Shown in pieces: positions 49,101-58,330 of a stretch of 64,000 nt of DNA (position 1 is its first letter; each line of letters begins with the position of its first letter). Source of the stretch: Vicinamibacteria bacterium (GTDB lineage Bacteria; Acidobacteriota; Vicinamibacteria; Marinacidobacterales; Marinacidobacteraceae); NCBI GenBank assembly GCA_965199715.1, contig OZ241322.1, forward strand, positions 1,728,001 to 1,792,000, given 5' to 3'. The position numbers and the translations under genes are program-made. Under the pieces are notes generated by a model. The model searched no databases and was not told the DNA's origin. It was given only the letters and a program-made list of their open reading frames with translations.

Positions 49101-49307
49101 GCCGCCGTCCTCGGTCTTCCAGATTCCGCCGGTGGCGGCTCCGGCGAAGTAGAGCTTCGTGTCCCCGGGCACGCCGGCGACCGCGAGGGTCCGGTTGCCC
49201 ACCGGCCCGATGTGGCGGAAACGCATTCCGTCCAGCATGTCGGGGGCGGGTTGGGCGAACGCGCTCGCGCTGACGAGCAGCGCGGCGGGAAGGACGAGAA
49301 GGCGCAT
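46101..49307 (-). CDS. Secreted VPS10/sortilin-like BNR-repeat glycosyl hydrolase
   Basis: FRHIGP; many S/TxDGGxTW Asp-box repeats; signal peptide. Confidence 0.9.
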   Translation of the reverse strand: MRLLVLPAALLVSASAFAQPAPDMLDGMRFRHIGPVGNRTLAVAGVPGDTKLYFAGAATGGIWKTEDGGIKWRPVFDDQDVHAVGALAVSESDPNVVWAGTGETFIRANVSIGTGVFKSTDAGETWTAMGLEKTARIGRIVIHPTDPDVVYAASLGHAYAPQPERGIYRTTDGGETWEQVLFVDENTGASDLVMDPNNPRILFAGMWQLDLKTWNRTSGGPGSGLHMSRDGGDTWKRLEGNGLPRLDVGKVAVCMTRADSRRVYALIETADGIPYDGAEAESGELWVSDDGGTNWRIQSHNRNLAGRNAYYARCGVSPDDRDEAYFLTASFASTLDAGKSHRVHGFDEAPGWDHHDIWIDPTDGDRMAVAHDGGVSISENRGRSWFKIQLPLAQMYHVTVDNAIPYNVLGNRQDGPSTRGPSRAFTGGFFSSGIPRGMWHGVGGGESGFATPDPEDHNIVWSSASGAGAAGGIVVRYDERARQFRQLEVWPESTLGWPAENLRYRFQWVFPLLISPHDRNTIMVGSQYVMRTTNGGQSWDEISPDLTTNDKSRQTISGGLTPDNIGVEFCCVVYAIDESPVTAGVIWAGTNDGKVHLTRDGGANWTEVTANVPNMPTDGVVRNIDASKWEVGKAYMTVENHQTGDFAPYVYRTSDFGASWDLIVNGVADSPLSYTRNVREDPVRPGLLYLGTENFLYVSFDDGENWQRLANGLPPSPMYWIAVQEHFGDLVIGTYGRGFWILDDVSPLQQWNEDVEAASVHLFEPRGVYRFHPITAPFAQFDDWSAGENPPYGAPINFWLDEAAEDVSIEIRNAAGEAVRTMDAEGEAGLNRVWWDLREDASTQAVLRTKPRFADWVDLGNDRTRESNVGRISILAPPGDYTVALMVGDEERTAPIEVRKDPRSEGALEDIEAQTALLRLLRADLEQVAGMVNEIEWFRRQVLDLKTLAEDAGRVEGIASVVDGFDGSLLAIEEHLIQLLVSGTGQDQIRWPTQLAGKITYLAGAVASADFPPTDQMREVYEMLHAQVQERAAEFDEVVESGLTGVNTALESTGMPGIVRVEKAEPGR

Positions 49308-49309
49308 GG

Positions 49310-50625
49310 TCACTCCTGTGGGGCGGGGCGTCGGCGGAACGCGAGATAGACCGGAACGCCGGCCGCGGTGATTCCGAGGCCGATGAGGGCGTCGCGGGGA
49401 TTCGTGAGGATGGTATTCAGGAGGAGCGCTCCCGAAAACAGCGCGAAGAACGCGGGTAGCGCCGGGTAGACCGGCGTGCGGAACGGCCGGCGCAGGTCGG
49501 GCCGTTTCCGGCGCAGCACGATGACCGCGGCGCTTCCCAGCCCGTAGAACAGCCACGAGACCACGACCACGTAGGTGAACAACTGGTCGTAGGTTCCGGT
49601 GAGCGCGATCGCCGACGCCCAGAGACCCTGCACGAGGGTGGCGTTCCGAGGGACGCCGTCGCCCCCGAGCCGGGCGAACGAGCGCAGGAACACGCCGTCG
49701 GCGGCCATCGCGTAGTACACCCGGGCCCCGGTGAAGATGAACCCGTTGGCGGCGGCGAAACACGAGACCATGACCGCGAGCGAGACGAGGCTTCCGCCCA
49801 CCGAGCCCCGGCTGCGCGAGCCGCGTCGGCGGCGACCGTCTCGGTGCCGACGAAGCTCGGAAGCGGCAGGGCGCGCAGGAAGGCGAGGTTGAGGAGCAGG
49901 TAGATCCCGATCAGCAGGACGAGGCTGAGGGTGATCGCGCGGGGGAGAAAGCGGTCGGGCCGCCGGACCTCGCCGCCGACGAAGGTGATGCTGATCCAGC
50001 CGTCGTACGCCCACAGCGCGGCGACCGTCGCGGCGCCCCAGCGGGCGGCCGCCGAGCCGCTGGTCGCGAGCCGTCCGCCCGCGATCTCGCCGGCCGGCTG
50101 GTCGCCGAGGAAAACGCACAGCGCGACGATCGCTCCGGCCATGGCCAGCTTGGCGACGGTCGTGACGTTCTGGGTGCTCGCCGACGCGCGCACGCTGCGG
50201 CAGTTCCACAGCGAGAGGCCAAGGATCGTCACGATGACGGCGGCCTTCTGCGCGCGGTCGGACATCGGGACGAAGTCGCCGGCGTACTCGACGAAAACCA
50301 CGGCCACGGCGGCGATCGACGCGGTCTGGATGACCGCGAACAGGCTCCAGCCGTAGAGGAACCCGGCGAGCGGGTGGTAGGCCCGCTCGAGGTACACGTA
50401 CTTGCCGCCGGCGAACGGGAAGAGCGCCGACAGCTCGGCGATGGCGAGCGCGCCGCAGAGCGAGATCGCGCCCGCCGCGACCCACACCAGCATCGAGCCG
50501 GCCGCGCTTCCGGTTCCGGCGATGACGTACGCTGGAACCACGAACGCGGCGGACGCGAGGATCGTCCCGATGTTGATGAAGAGCGCGTCCGTCAGACGCA
50601 GCTCCCGGCGAAGCCCGGACCCCAT
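49310..50625 (-). pseudogene. APC-family amino acid permease, frameshift near 49800-49815
   Basis: ELSALFPFAGGKYVYL, WAYDGW in one frame; ARVYYAMAADG, RPFRTP in another. Confidence 0.82.
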
Positions 50626-50676
50626 GGTCGGCCGAGGAGTATCTGACGCCCCGGCGCGGGGCGTACGATCGCGCCC

Positions 50677-51168
50677 GTGGGCGATCCGGACCTTCTGCTG
50701 ATGCGCGCGGCGCTCGCCGAGGCGCGGCGCGCCGGGGAGGCGGACGAAGTGCCGGTCGGGGCGGTTGTCAGCCTGGGCGGCGAGGTGCTGGCGGCGGCGG
50801 GGAACCGGGTGCTCGCGACCGGCGACCCCACCGCCCACGCCGAGGTGCTCGCGCTCCGGGCGGCGGCCCGGCGGGTCGGAAACTACCGGTTGGTCGGTTG
50901 CGAGCTCCACGTGACCGTGGAGCCGTGCCTCATGTGCGCCGGGGCCGCCGCGCACGCGCGGATCGCGCGGATCGCGTACGGACCGCCCGAGCCGAAATTC
51001 GGGGCACTAGAATCCCGGACGTCCCTGAGGGAGCTCGGTCTGCCGCACCTTCCGGAAGCGGTGGGCGGGATTCTCGCGGACGAAGGGCGAACGCTCCTCC
51101 AGCGCTTCTTTCAGGAGCGCCGGGGCCGCCCGTCCCAGCGACCCGGAGAGGTACCGAAGTGGCCGTAA
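50677..51168 (+). CDS. tadA: tRNA adenosine(34) deaminase
   Basis: EVPVGAV, DPTAHAE, EPCLMC. Confidence 0.93.
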   Translation: MGDPDLLLMRAALAEARRAGEADEVPVGAVVSLGGEVLAAAGNRVLATGDPTAHAEVLALRAAARRVGNYRLVGCELHVTVEPCLMCAGAAAHARIARIAYGPPEPKFGALESRTSLRELGLPHLPEAVGGILADEGRTLLQRFFQERRGRPSQRPGEVPKWP

Positions 51169-51237
51169 CGGGGGCGCCTCGAAAGCGCTTTGTCCGGTGA
51201 AGAGCCGGGCACGTGGGTTCGAATCCCACCCTCTCCG
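51145..51237 (+). tRNA. tRNA-Ser(CGA), CCA not fully encoded
   Basis: GGAGAGG/CCTCTCC acceptor stem, CT-CGA-AA anticodon loop, long variable arm, GTTCGAATC T-loop, G discriminator. Confidence 0.95.
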
Positions 51238-51278
51238 CCGGCTGGGCTCAGGTCGGGGGCCGGACCACCCTCTTGGCC

Positions 51279-52020
51279 TCAGAGGCGAACCAATGGCGAG
51301 TGGATTTGGTTCTCTTGCCGCACACGACGGTGTATGACGATTCCTCCGTCGTCGGGTCGGAGTGCACCGTTTGGCGTCGGGAACGTGCTTGGCCGGCCGT
51401 TATGGACGCCAACCCGTAGCCGTCGTGGCCCGCGAGCGCCCTCCCTCTCGATCACGTCGCGGCGGAACACGGAGATGGGATGTTTGTCCCTGCTGTCCTG
51501 GAACGCCACCGACGTGGGCCGATGGCGACGGAACTTGTGATCGAACACCATGAATTGCCGCGGTATGCGGCGGAGCAGCTCGACGTGGCCTCCTTTCTTC
51601 CGGGAACTCCTCTCGACAGTCGTCGGGGGACGCCACGCGCTCAGTCCAGCGTTCTCCTGAGCCATTCCCGGATTCTGAGTCCCAGTTCCGCCAAGGGGGC
51701 CTCAAACTCCTCGCCCGTTGTCCGGTCCACGTCGAACCAATTCACCGACCCGTCGGGTTCGATCTCAACTTCAATGGAAACGCTGTTCCGGTGCCATTTC
51801 CGAAGCGGGGGTCAGCGGAGGATGCTCCTCGAGCAGCGGCAGCCGGTCTCGGAAACGACTCTTGAGGATACCCGCGGGGGCGGTCGTCAGATTGGCGATC
51901 GGCTTGAACTGCGCGGACAGGATGACTTCGGCCACCGGGGCCGCGCGAAATCCTGCAGGTCGGACGAGCGCGGTGCGGAACTCAGTGTGTCCTCAACCGT
52001 CTCCCCGATGGACGGTGACA
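51279..52020 (-). pseudogene. Degraded two-gene accessory remnant downstream of tRNA
   Basis: Lower GC; fragments WHRNSVSIEVEIEPDG...RTLD* and LLRRIP...RPTSVAFQD...ISVFRR. Confidence 0.35.
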
Positions 52021-52098
52021 TTTGTTGAGACCCACGAACGCCCCGAGCGAGCTTGCGCACGCGTCAGTCAGACAAGGTACGCGTAATGCCGGCCGGAG

Positions 52099-53028
52099 TC
52101 AGGCCGCGGCGGCCTTCCAGACGTCCACGCAGGCGCCGTAGTTGGCCGCGATCCGGCTGATCGCCTCCTGCTCGTCGAGGCGGCCGGCGAGCCATTCCCC
52201 GAGCGGCTCGCGGAAGTTCGTGCGTCCCACGGCGAAGCCGATGAACCCGGTCGCGGGCGCCGCGACCCGCAGCCACTCGTGGACCTTCGTCGTATCGGAA
52301 CCCCGCCCGAGGACGATGGATCCGACCCGCGAACGGCCGTCGCGGCGAGCGGCCTCGGCGACCCTCTCCGCGTCGGTGCGTCGATCGACTCCCTCGAGCT
52401 TCCAGATGTCCGGCTCGATCCCGAAGTCCTGGATCCGGTGGATCGCCCGGACCATGTGGTCGGGACGCAGCTCGCGATCGTAGGCGTCGCCGGCCTCCCG
52501 GTCGGCGTCGGTCGTCGCCGGCACCAGCAGCTCGAACATGAACAGCCGCCGCTCGGGACCGCGCAGGTAGTCGGACGCCAGCCTCAGCCGAGTGAGCTGG
52601 ACCATCGCCGTCTCGACCGGATCGTCGGGGTGAAACCGGACCAGCACCTTCACGATGTCGGGCCGGACGAGGCGGATGTGGCTGACCCAGCTCACCCCGT
52701 ACTCGAAGTCGAAGACCGGCTGGCCGCTCTTCTCGATGCATACCGCCCGCGGGATCCCGCGCCTGGCCGCGTCGGCGAGGATCGGGGCGCCGAACTGCGC
52801 GTCCACGAGCACGCCGACCTGCTCCTTCGGCACGCCCTCGTCGATCGCCCGCAGAAGCCCCCGGTAAATCAGAGACTTCGCTGAGGCCACCGACTGGAAG
52901 CCGTCCTTCTCCGGCGCGATCGGGGGCGTGCCCGAGAAGCCGAAGAACGACCGCAGGAAACTCCCCCGGTGGTCGAACGGCTGCACGAACAGCGGCTTGT
53001 CGTAGCCGGGCGTCGGCGGGTCTGGCAT
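52099..53028 (-). CDS. DUF2090-type aldolase-like protein (IolC C-terminal domain family)
   Basis: PFDHRGS, VKVLVRFHP, FMFELLVP, PDIWKLEG, GFAVGRT. Confidence 0.85.
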   Translation of the reverse strand: MPDPPTPGYDKPLFVQPFDHRGSFLRSFFGFSGTPPIAPEKDGFQSVASAKSLIYRGLLRAIDEGVPKEQVGVLVDAQFGAPILADAARRGIPRAVCIEKSGQPVFDFEYGVSWVSHIRLVRPDIVKVLVRFHPDDPVETAMVQLTRLRLASDYLRGPERRLFMFELLVPATTDADREAGDAYDRELRPDHMVRAIHRIQDFGIEPDIWKLEGVDRRTDAERVAEAARRDGRSRVGSIVLGRGSDTTKVHEWLRVAAPATGFIGFAVGRTNFREPLGEWLAGRLDEQEAISRIAANYGACVDVWKAAAA

Positions 53029-53101
53029 GGGCGCGGCGGGCCTCCCGAAGCCGGAAAGTCTATGGCCTCGGGCGCCCGGTCCTGACTGCTAGCCTCCCCG
53101 T

Positions 53102-55948
53102 TTGACGATGGAGCCCGATCGCATCGTGGTCCGGGGGGCCCGGCAGCACAACCTGAAGAACATCTCCGTCGGGATCCCCAAGAAGAAGCTGGTCGTCTTC
53201 TCCGGCGTGTCCGGGTCCGGCAAGTCCTCGCTCGCCCTCGACACGCTCTACGCCGAGGGACAACGGCGCTACGTCGAGTCGCTCTCCAGCTACGCCCGCC
53301 AGTTCCTCGGGCAGATGGACAAGCCCGCGTACGACACGATCCAGGGCCTGTCCCCGACGATCTCGGTGGACCAGAAGTCGGCGAGCCACAACCCGCGCTC
53401 CACGGTGGGCACGACGACCGAAATCTCCGACTACCTGCGGGTGCTGTTCGCCCGCGTCGGGTCCGCGCACTGCCCCCGCTGCGCCCGCCCGGTGCGCCCC
53501 CAGAGCGCGCCGGAGATCGTGGACGACCTTCAGGCGCTTCCGGCGGGAACCCGCTTCCTGATCCTCGCCCCGGCGGTCGTGAACCGGAAGGGCGAGTGGC
53601 GCAACCTGCTGGAGTCGGTGCTCCAGCGGGGCTACAGCCGGGCGCGCATCGACGGCGAGGTCGCGCTGCTCGAGGAAGCGCCGGCGCTCGACAAGCGCAA
53701 GAAGCACACCGTCGAGATCGTGGTCGATCGGCTCAGCCGCAACGAGGATCCGGACGACGACTGGCGGAGCCGGGTCCACGACTCGGTGGAGACGGCGCTC
53801 AAGGAAGGCGACGGCGTCCTGCTCGCGGCGATCGAGGGCGGCGACGACCGGCTCTTCTCGGAGAAGCGCGGTTGCCCCGAGTGCGGCCTCGGCTTCCCCG
53901 AGCTGACCCCGCAGTTGTTCTCGTTCAACAGCCCGCAGGGGATGTGCCCGGACTGCAACGGTCTCGGCTCGCGCAACGAGATGGACGAGGACCGGGTGGT
54001 GCCGGACCCGGAGCTGAGCGTGAACGAGGGCGCGGTGGCTCCGTGGGGCCGGCTCGACGAGAAGACCGGATGGGAGCCGTCCCGGGTGCGGGCGGTCGCG
54101 GACCGGTTCCGCATCTCGCTGGACGCTCCGTGGCGGCGGCTCGCCGTCGGCAAGCGGGAGATCCTGCTGCGCGGCGCCGGCGAGCGGCGGATTCCGGTCA
54201 AGCACAAGACCCTCCAGTGGGAGAGCCGCTGGGAGGGCGTGCTGCCGATGCTGACGCGCCGGCTCAAGGAGACCACGTCCGACCGCGCCCGCCGCTACTA
54301 CTCGACCTACCTCTCGCAGCGCCCTTGCCGGGCCTGCGGCGGTTCCCGGCTGCGCCGGGAGGCGCTCTCGGTCCGGATCGGCGGCTGGAACGTGGCCGAC
54401 CTGTCCTCGCTCTCCATCACCGACGCGCTGGACCGCCTCGACGCGCTCGACCTCGACGGCGCGGCGCTCGTCATCGGCGAGGAGCTGCTGAAGGAAATCC
54501 GCTCGCGGCTCCGGTTCCTCGCCGACGTCGGGCTCGGATACCTCTCGCTCGACCGGCTCGCCCCGAGCCTGTCGGGCGGCGAGTCCCAGCGCATCCGGCT
54601 CGCGAGCCAGATCGGCTCCGAGCTGACCGGGGTGATCTACATCCTCGACGAGCCCTCGATCGGGCTCCACGCCCGCGACAACTCCAAGCTGCTCGAGGCG
54701 CTGCGCCGCCTGCGCGACATCGGCAACACCGTAGTCGTCGTGGAGCACGACCGGGAGACCATCGAGGCCGCCGACCACGTCGTGGACTTCGGCCCCGGGG
54801 CGGGCGTCCACGGCGGCGAGGTCGTGGCCGAAGGGCCGCCGCACACGATCCGCGCCAATTCGAATTCCATCACCGGGCGCTATCTCGCCGGGACCAGCCG
54901 CATCGAGATCCCGCTCCGGCGCCGGACCTCCGGGCGCAGCATCCGCATCGTGGGCGCCCGGGCGAACAACCTCCGGAACGTCACCGTCGACATCCCGCTC
55001 GGGGTCTTCGTCGGCGTCACCGGCGTGTCCGGAGCGGGCAAGAGCTCGCTCGTGTACGAGGTGCTCCATCCGGCGCTCGCCCGGGCGCTGCACCGCTCGG
55101 ACCGCGCGGTCGGGGCGCACGACCGGATCGAGGGAATCGCCGGAATCGAACGGGTGGTCGATATCGACCAGTCTCCCATCGGACGCACGCCCCGCTCGAA
55201 CCCGGCCACCTACACCAAGGCGTTCGACGGAATCCGCCAGCTTTTCGCGGCGCTGCCGGCGGCGAAGGCCCAGGGCTACAAGCCGGGTCGGTTCTCGTTC
55301 AACGTGCCCGGCGGGCGCTGCGAGAACTGCCGCGGGGACGGGGTCATCCGGGTCGAGATGCACTTCCTCGCCGACGTGTTCGTCCCCTGCGAGGTCTGCT
55401 CGGGAAAGCGCTTCAACGACCAGACGCTGACGGTGCGCTACCGGGGACTCTCGATCGCCGAGGTGCTCGACCTGACCGTGAGCGAGGCGATCACCACCTT
55501 CGCCGCGCAGCCGGGCGTCCTCCACACGCTGCGCACGCTGGAGGACGTGGGCCTCGGCTACATTCGGCTGGGCCAGCCCTCGCCGACGCTGTCGGGCGGC
55601 GAGGCGCAGCGGGTGAAGCTCTCCCGGGAACTGGCCAAGCGGACCGGCGGCGGGGCTCTATACATCCTCGACGAGCCCACCACCGGGCTCCACTTCGACG
55701 ACATCGCGCGCCTGCTGAAGGTGCTCGAGCGCCTCGTCGAGGCAGGGAACACGGTCGTCGTCATCGAACACAACCTCGACGTCATCAAGACCGCCGACCA
55801 CATCCTCGACATCGGGCCGGACGGCGGCGAGGGCGGGGGCCGGCTCGTGGCGTCGGGAACGCCGGAAGCGGTCGCCGGGGTTCCCGAGTCCCGGACCGGC
55901 GCGTTCCTGCGCGACGTCCTCCGGCAGGAAGCGAGGCTCGTCTCGTGA
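53102..55948 (+). CDS. uvrA: Excinuclease ABC subunit A (TTG 53102 or ATG 53108)
   Basis: GARQHNLKN, two Walker A (GSGKSS/GAGKSS), two LSGGE signatures, Zn fingers. Confidence 0.98.
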   Translation: MTMEPDRIVVRGARQHNLKNISVGIPKKKLVVFSGVSGSGKSSLALDTLYAEGQRRYVESLSSYARQFLGQMDKPAYDTIQGLSPTISVDQKSASHNPRSTVGTTTEISDYLRVLFARVGSAHCPRCARPVRPQSAPEIVDDLQALPAGTRFLILAPAVVNRKGEWRNLLESVLQRGYSRARIDGEVALLEEAPALDKRKKHTVEIVVDRLSRNEDPDDDWRSRVHDSVETALKEGDGVLLAAIEGGDDRLFSEKRGCPECGLGFPELTPQLFSFNSPQGMCPDCNGLGSRNEMDEDRVVPDPELSVNEGAVAPWGRLDEKTGWEPSRVRAVADRFRISLDAPWRRLAVGKREILLRGAGERRIPVKHKTLQWESRWEGVLPMLTRRLKETTSDRARRYYSTYLSQRPCRACGGSRLRREALSVRIGGWNVADLSSLSITDALDRLDALDLDGAALVIGEELLKEIRSRLRFLADVGLGYLSLDRLAPSLSGGESQRIRLASQIGSELTGVIYILDEPSIGLHARDNSKLLEALRRLRDIGNTVVVVEHDRETIEAADHVVDFGPGAGVHGGEVVAEGPPHTIRANSNSITGRYLAGTSRIEIPLRRRTSGRSIRIVGARANNLRNVTVDIPLGVFVGVTGVSGAGKSSLVYEVLHPALARALHRSDRAVGAHDRIEGIAGIERVVDIDQSPIGRTPRSNPATYTKAFDGIRQLFAALPAAKAQGYKPGRFSFNVPGGRCENCRGDGVIRVEMHFLADVFVPCEVCSGKRFNDQTLTVRYRGLSIAEVLDLTVSEAITTFAAQPGVLHTLRTLEDVGLGYIRLGQPSPTLSGGEAQRVKLSRELAKRTGGGALYILDEPTTGLHFDDIARLLKVLERLVEAGNTVVVIEHNLDVIKTADHILDIGPDGGEGGGRLVASGTPEAVAGVPESRTGAFLRDVLRQEARLVS

Positions 55949-56613
55949 TCGGTTTCGCGCCGATGACCCCGATGGTCAAGCGGCTCATCTGGATCACCGG
56001 CGGAGTCTTCCTCATCCAGCTCGTGACCCCGCTGATCACCGTCGCGTTCTCGCTCTACCCGCCGGCCGTGCTCGGGCTGCAGGTGTGGCGCCTGGGAACC
56101 TACGTCTTCCTGCACGGAAGCCTCGGCCACCTGCTCGCGAACATGCTGGTGCTCTACATGTTCGGCGGGTCGCTCGAGAGCATGTGGGGTTCGCGCCGCT
56201 TCCTCCGTTACTACCTGCTGTGCGGGATCGGGGCGGGCCTCTTCACGCTCCTTCCGATCCCGGCGTTCTTCGACGCCAGCCACATCGGCGCGTCAGGAGC
56301 GGCGTACGGGCTCCTCCTCGCCTTCGGCCTGCTGTTCCCCGACGCCCGGGTGTATGTCTTCTTGGTGCTGCCGATGCGGGCGAGCCATCTCGCCGTCGTG
56401 CTCGGCTTCATCGCGCTCGCCGGCTCGCTTTCGGCCGCGAACGACGGGGTCTCGCACATCGCCCACCTCGGCGGGCTCGTGGCGGGCTACTTCCTGCTGA
56501 CCCGGATGCGGTTGATGGGCGGACGGATCGACCCGGCGCGGCGGGCGTGGCGCCGGTTCAGCTACCGGCGCAAGCGCGCCCGCTTCGAGCGCCACCAGCG
56601 CCGCGTGCACTGA
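55945..56613 (+). CDS. Rhomboid family intramembrane serine protease
   Basis: WR, HLLANM, GASG, AHLGG. Confidence 0.92.
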   Translation: MIGFAPMTPMVKRLIWITGGVFLIQLVTPLITVAFSLYPPAVLGLQVWRLGTYVFLHGSLGHLLANMLVLYMFGGSLESMWGSRRFLRYYLLCGIGAGLFTLLPIPAFFDASHIGASGAAYGLLLAFGLLFPDARVYVFLVLPMRASHLAVVLGFIALAGSLSAANDGVSHIAHLGGLVAGYFLLTRMRLMGGRIDPARRAWRRFSYRRKRARFERHQRRVH

Positions 56614-56614
56614 G

Positions 56615-57655
56615 TCAGGAGCAGATCCGCCGCAGCGTCTCGAGGTCCCTCGGGTCGGGGGCGCCGTCCTCGCCCGGCGGGAGCGAGACGAGCAGCGTCG
56701 TCACGCCGGCCTCCTCGTGCGCGGCTACGCCCTCGGCGATGCGCGCCGGCGGGCCGGCGAGCGTGACCTCATCCACGAGCGCGTCGGGAACGGCCGCCTC
56801 GGCCTCGGCCCGGCGACCGGACAGGAAGAGGTCCTGGATGCGGGCCGCGTCGTCGGGCCAGCCGTAGCGGGCGACGAGGTCCCGGTAGAAGTTCCGGTTC
56901 CGTGCGCCCATGCCGCCGACGTAGAAGGCGATGTCGGGTCGCATCCGATCCCGCAGCGACGCGACGTCCTCGCCGAACGCGCAGGCGACGAGCGGCGCCA
57001 CGTCGAGCGGAGCCGGGCGCTCCCGGACCGCACGCCCGGCCTCGAGCGCCGGGCCGAAGACCGAGTCGCACCGTTTCGGCGAGAACAGGAACGGGAGCCA
57101 GCCGTCGCCGATCCGCGCCGCGAGCTTGGTGTTCCTCGGTCCCATCGTCGCGAAGTAGAGGGGAAGGTCGGGCCGGAGCACGCGCATCCGCAGCTTCAGC
57201 GGCTTGCCCAGGCCGGTCTCGCCCGGAAGCGGAAGCCGGACGGACGCCCCCTCGTACGCGAGCGGCCGCTCCCGCCGGAGCGCGAGGCGAATGATCTCGG
57301 CGGTCTCCCGGAGCCGGTCGCCGGGATGACGGAACGGGATTCCGTGCCAGCCCTCCATGACCTGCGGGCCGGAGACGCCGAGGCCGAGCAGGAAGCGCCC
57401 GCCGCTGAGGCGGTCGAGCGTGGCCGCGGTCTGGGCGAGGAGCGCCGGGGTGCGCGACCCGATCGGCAGGATCGAGCTTCCGAGAGGGATGCGTTCGGTC
57501 GAGGCGGCGATGTACGCGAGCACCGAGACCGCGTCCGCTCCCCACGCCTCGGCGACCCAGACCGAATCGAACCCGGCCGTCTCCGCGCGGACGGCCGAGC
57601 GCACCGGGTCCACACCGCCCTGCCACGGCAGGCCGACGTAGAGGCCGAGGCGCAT
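56615..57655 (-). CDS. LLM-class (luciferase-like, F420-dependent type) oxidoreductase
   Basis: WVAEAWGADA, SGGRFLLGLGVSGPQVMEGWHG, YVGGMGA. Confidence 0.88.
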   Translation of the reverse strand: MRLGLYVGLPWQGGVDPVRSAVRAETAGFDSVWVAEAWGADAVSVLAYIAASTERIPLGSSILPIGSRTPALLAQTAATLDRLSGGRFLLGLGVSGPQVMEGWHGIPFRHPGDRLRETAEIIRLALRRERPLAYEGASVRLPLPGETGLGKPLKLRMRVLRPDLPLYFATMGPRNTKLAARIGDGWLPFLFSPKRCDSVFGPALEAGRAVRERPAPLDVAPLVACAFGEDVASLRDRMRPDIAFYVGGMGARNRNFYRDLVARYGWPDDAARIQDLFLSGRRAEAEAAVPDALVDEVTLAGPPARIAEGVAAHEEAGVTTLLVSLPPGEDGAPDPRDLETLRRICS

Positions 57656-58326
57656 CAGGCGGCGGGGGCGTCCACGCCGTAGCGCGGGCAGTCGTCCGCC
57701 AGCGCGCACTCCCCGCAGCGGGGCTTGCGGGCCGGGCAGACGCCGCGCCCGTGCAGGATGATCCGGTGGCTGAACCCCACCCAGTGGGTGCGGGGCAGCA
57801 ACGCCATGAGCCGCTTCTCGGTGTGCGCGGGGTTCTTCTTCGGGGCCAGCCCGAGCCGGGCGGCGATGCGGAAGACGTGGGTATCGACGACCACGCCCTC
57901 GGCCTTCGCGAAACAGACCCCGAGCACCACGTTGGCGGTCTTGCGCGCCACTCCGGGAAGGGTCAGCAGATCCTTCATGCGCCGGGGAACCTCGCCCCCG
58001 AACTCGTCGCGGATGCGCTGCGCCGCGCCGACCAGCGACCGCGCCTTGTTCCGGAAGAAGCCGGTCGAGTGGATCAGGTCCTCAAGCTCCTGGGGACGCG
58101 CTTCGGCGAGCGCGGCCGCGTCGGGGTACCGGGCGAAGAGCGCGGGCGTGACGATGTTCACCCGGCGGTCGGTGCACTGCGCCGAAAGGATCGTCGCGAC
58201 CAGAAGCTGGAACGCCGACTCGTGATGGAGCGCGCACTCCGCTTCGGGGTACTCCCTGTTGAGGAGGCGCGAGATCCGCCGGGCGCGCCGTCGCTCGGCC
58301 GCCTCCACGACCTCGGCGGAGGGCAC
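57655..58326 (-). CDS. nth: Endonuclease III
   Basis: LSAQCTD, HhH LPGVARKTANVVL, VDTHV, C-x6-C-x2-C-x5-C. Confidence 0.96.
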   Translation of the reverse strand: MPSAEVVEAAERRRARRISRLLNREYPEAECALHHESAFQLLVATILSAQCTDRRVNIVTPALFARYPDAAALAEARPQELEDLIHSTGFFRNKARSLVGAAQRIRDEFGGEVPRRMKDLLTLPGVARKTANVVLGVCFAKAEGVVVDTHVFRIAARLGLAPKKNPAHTEKRLMALLPRTHWVGFSHRIILHGRGVCPARKPRCGECALADDCPRYGVDAPAA

Positions 58327-58330
58327 CGGG

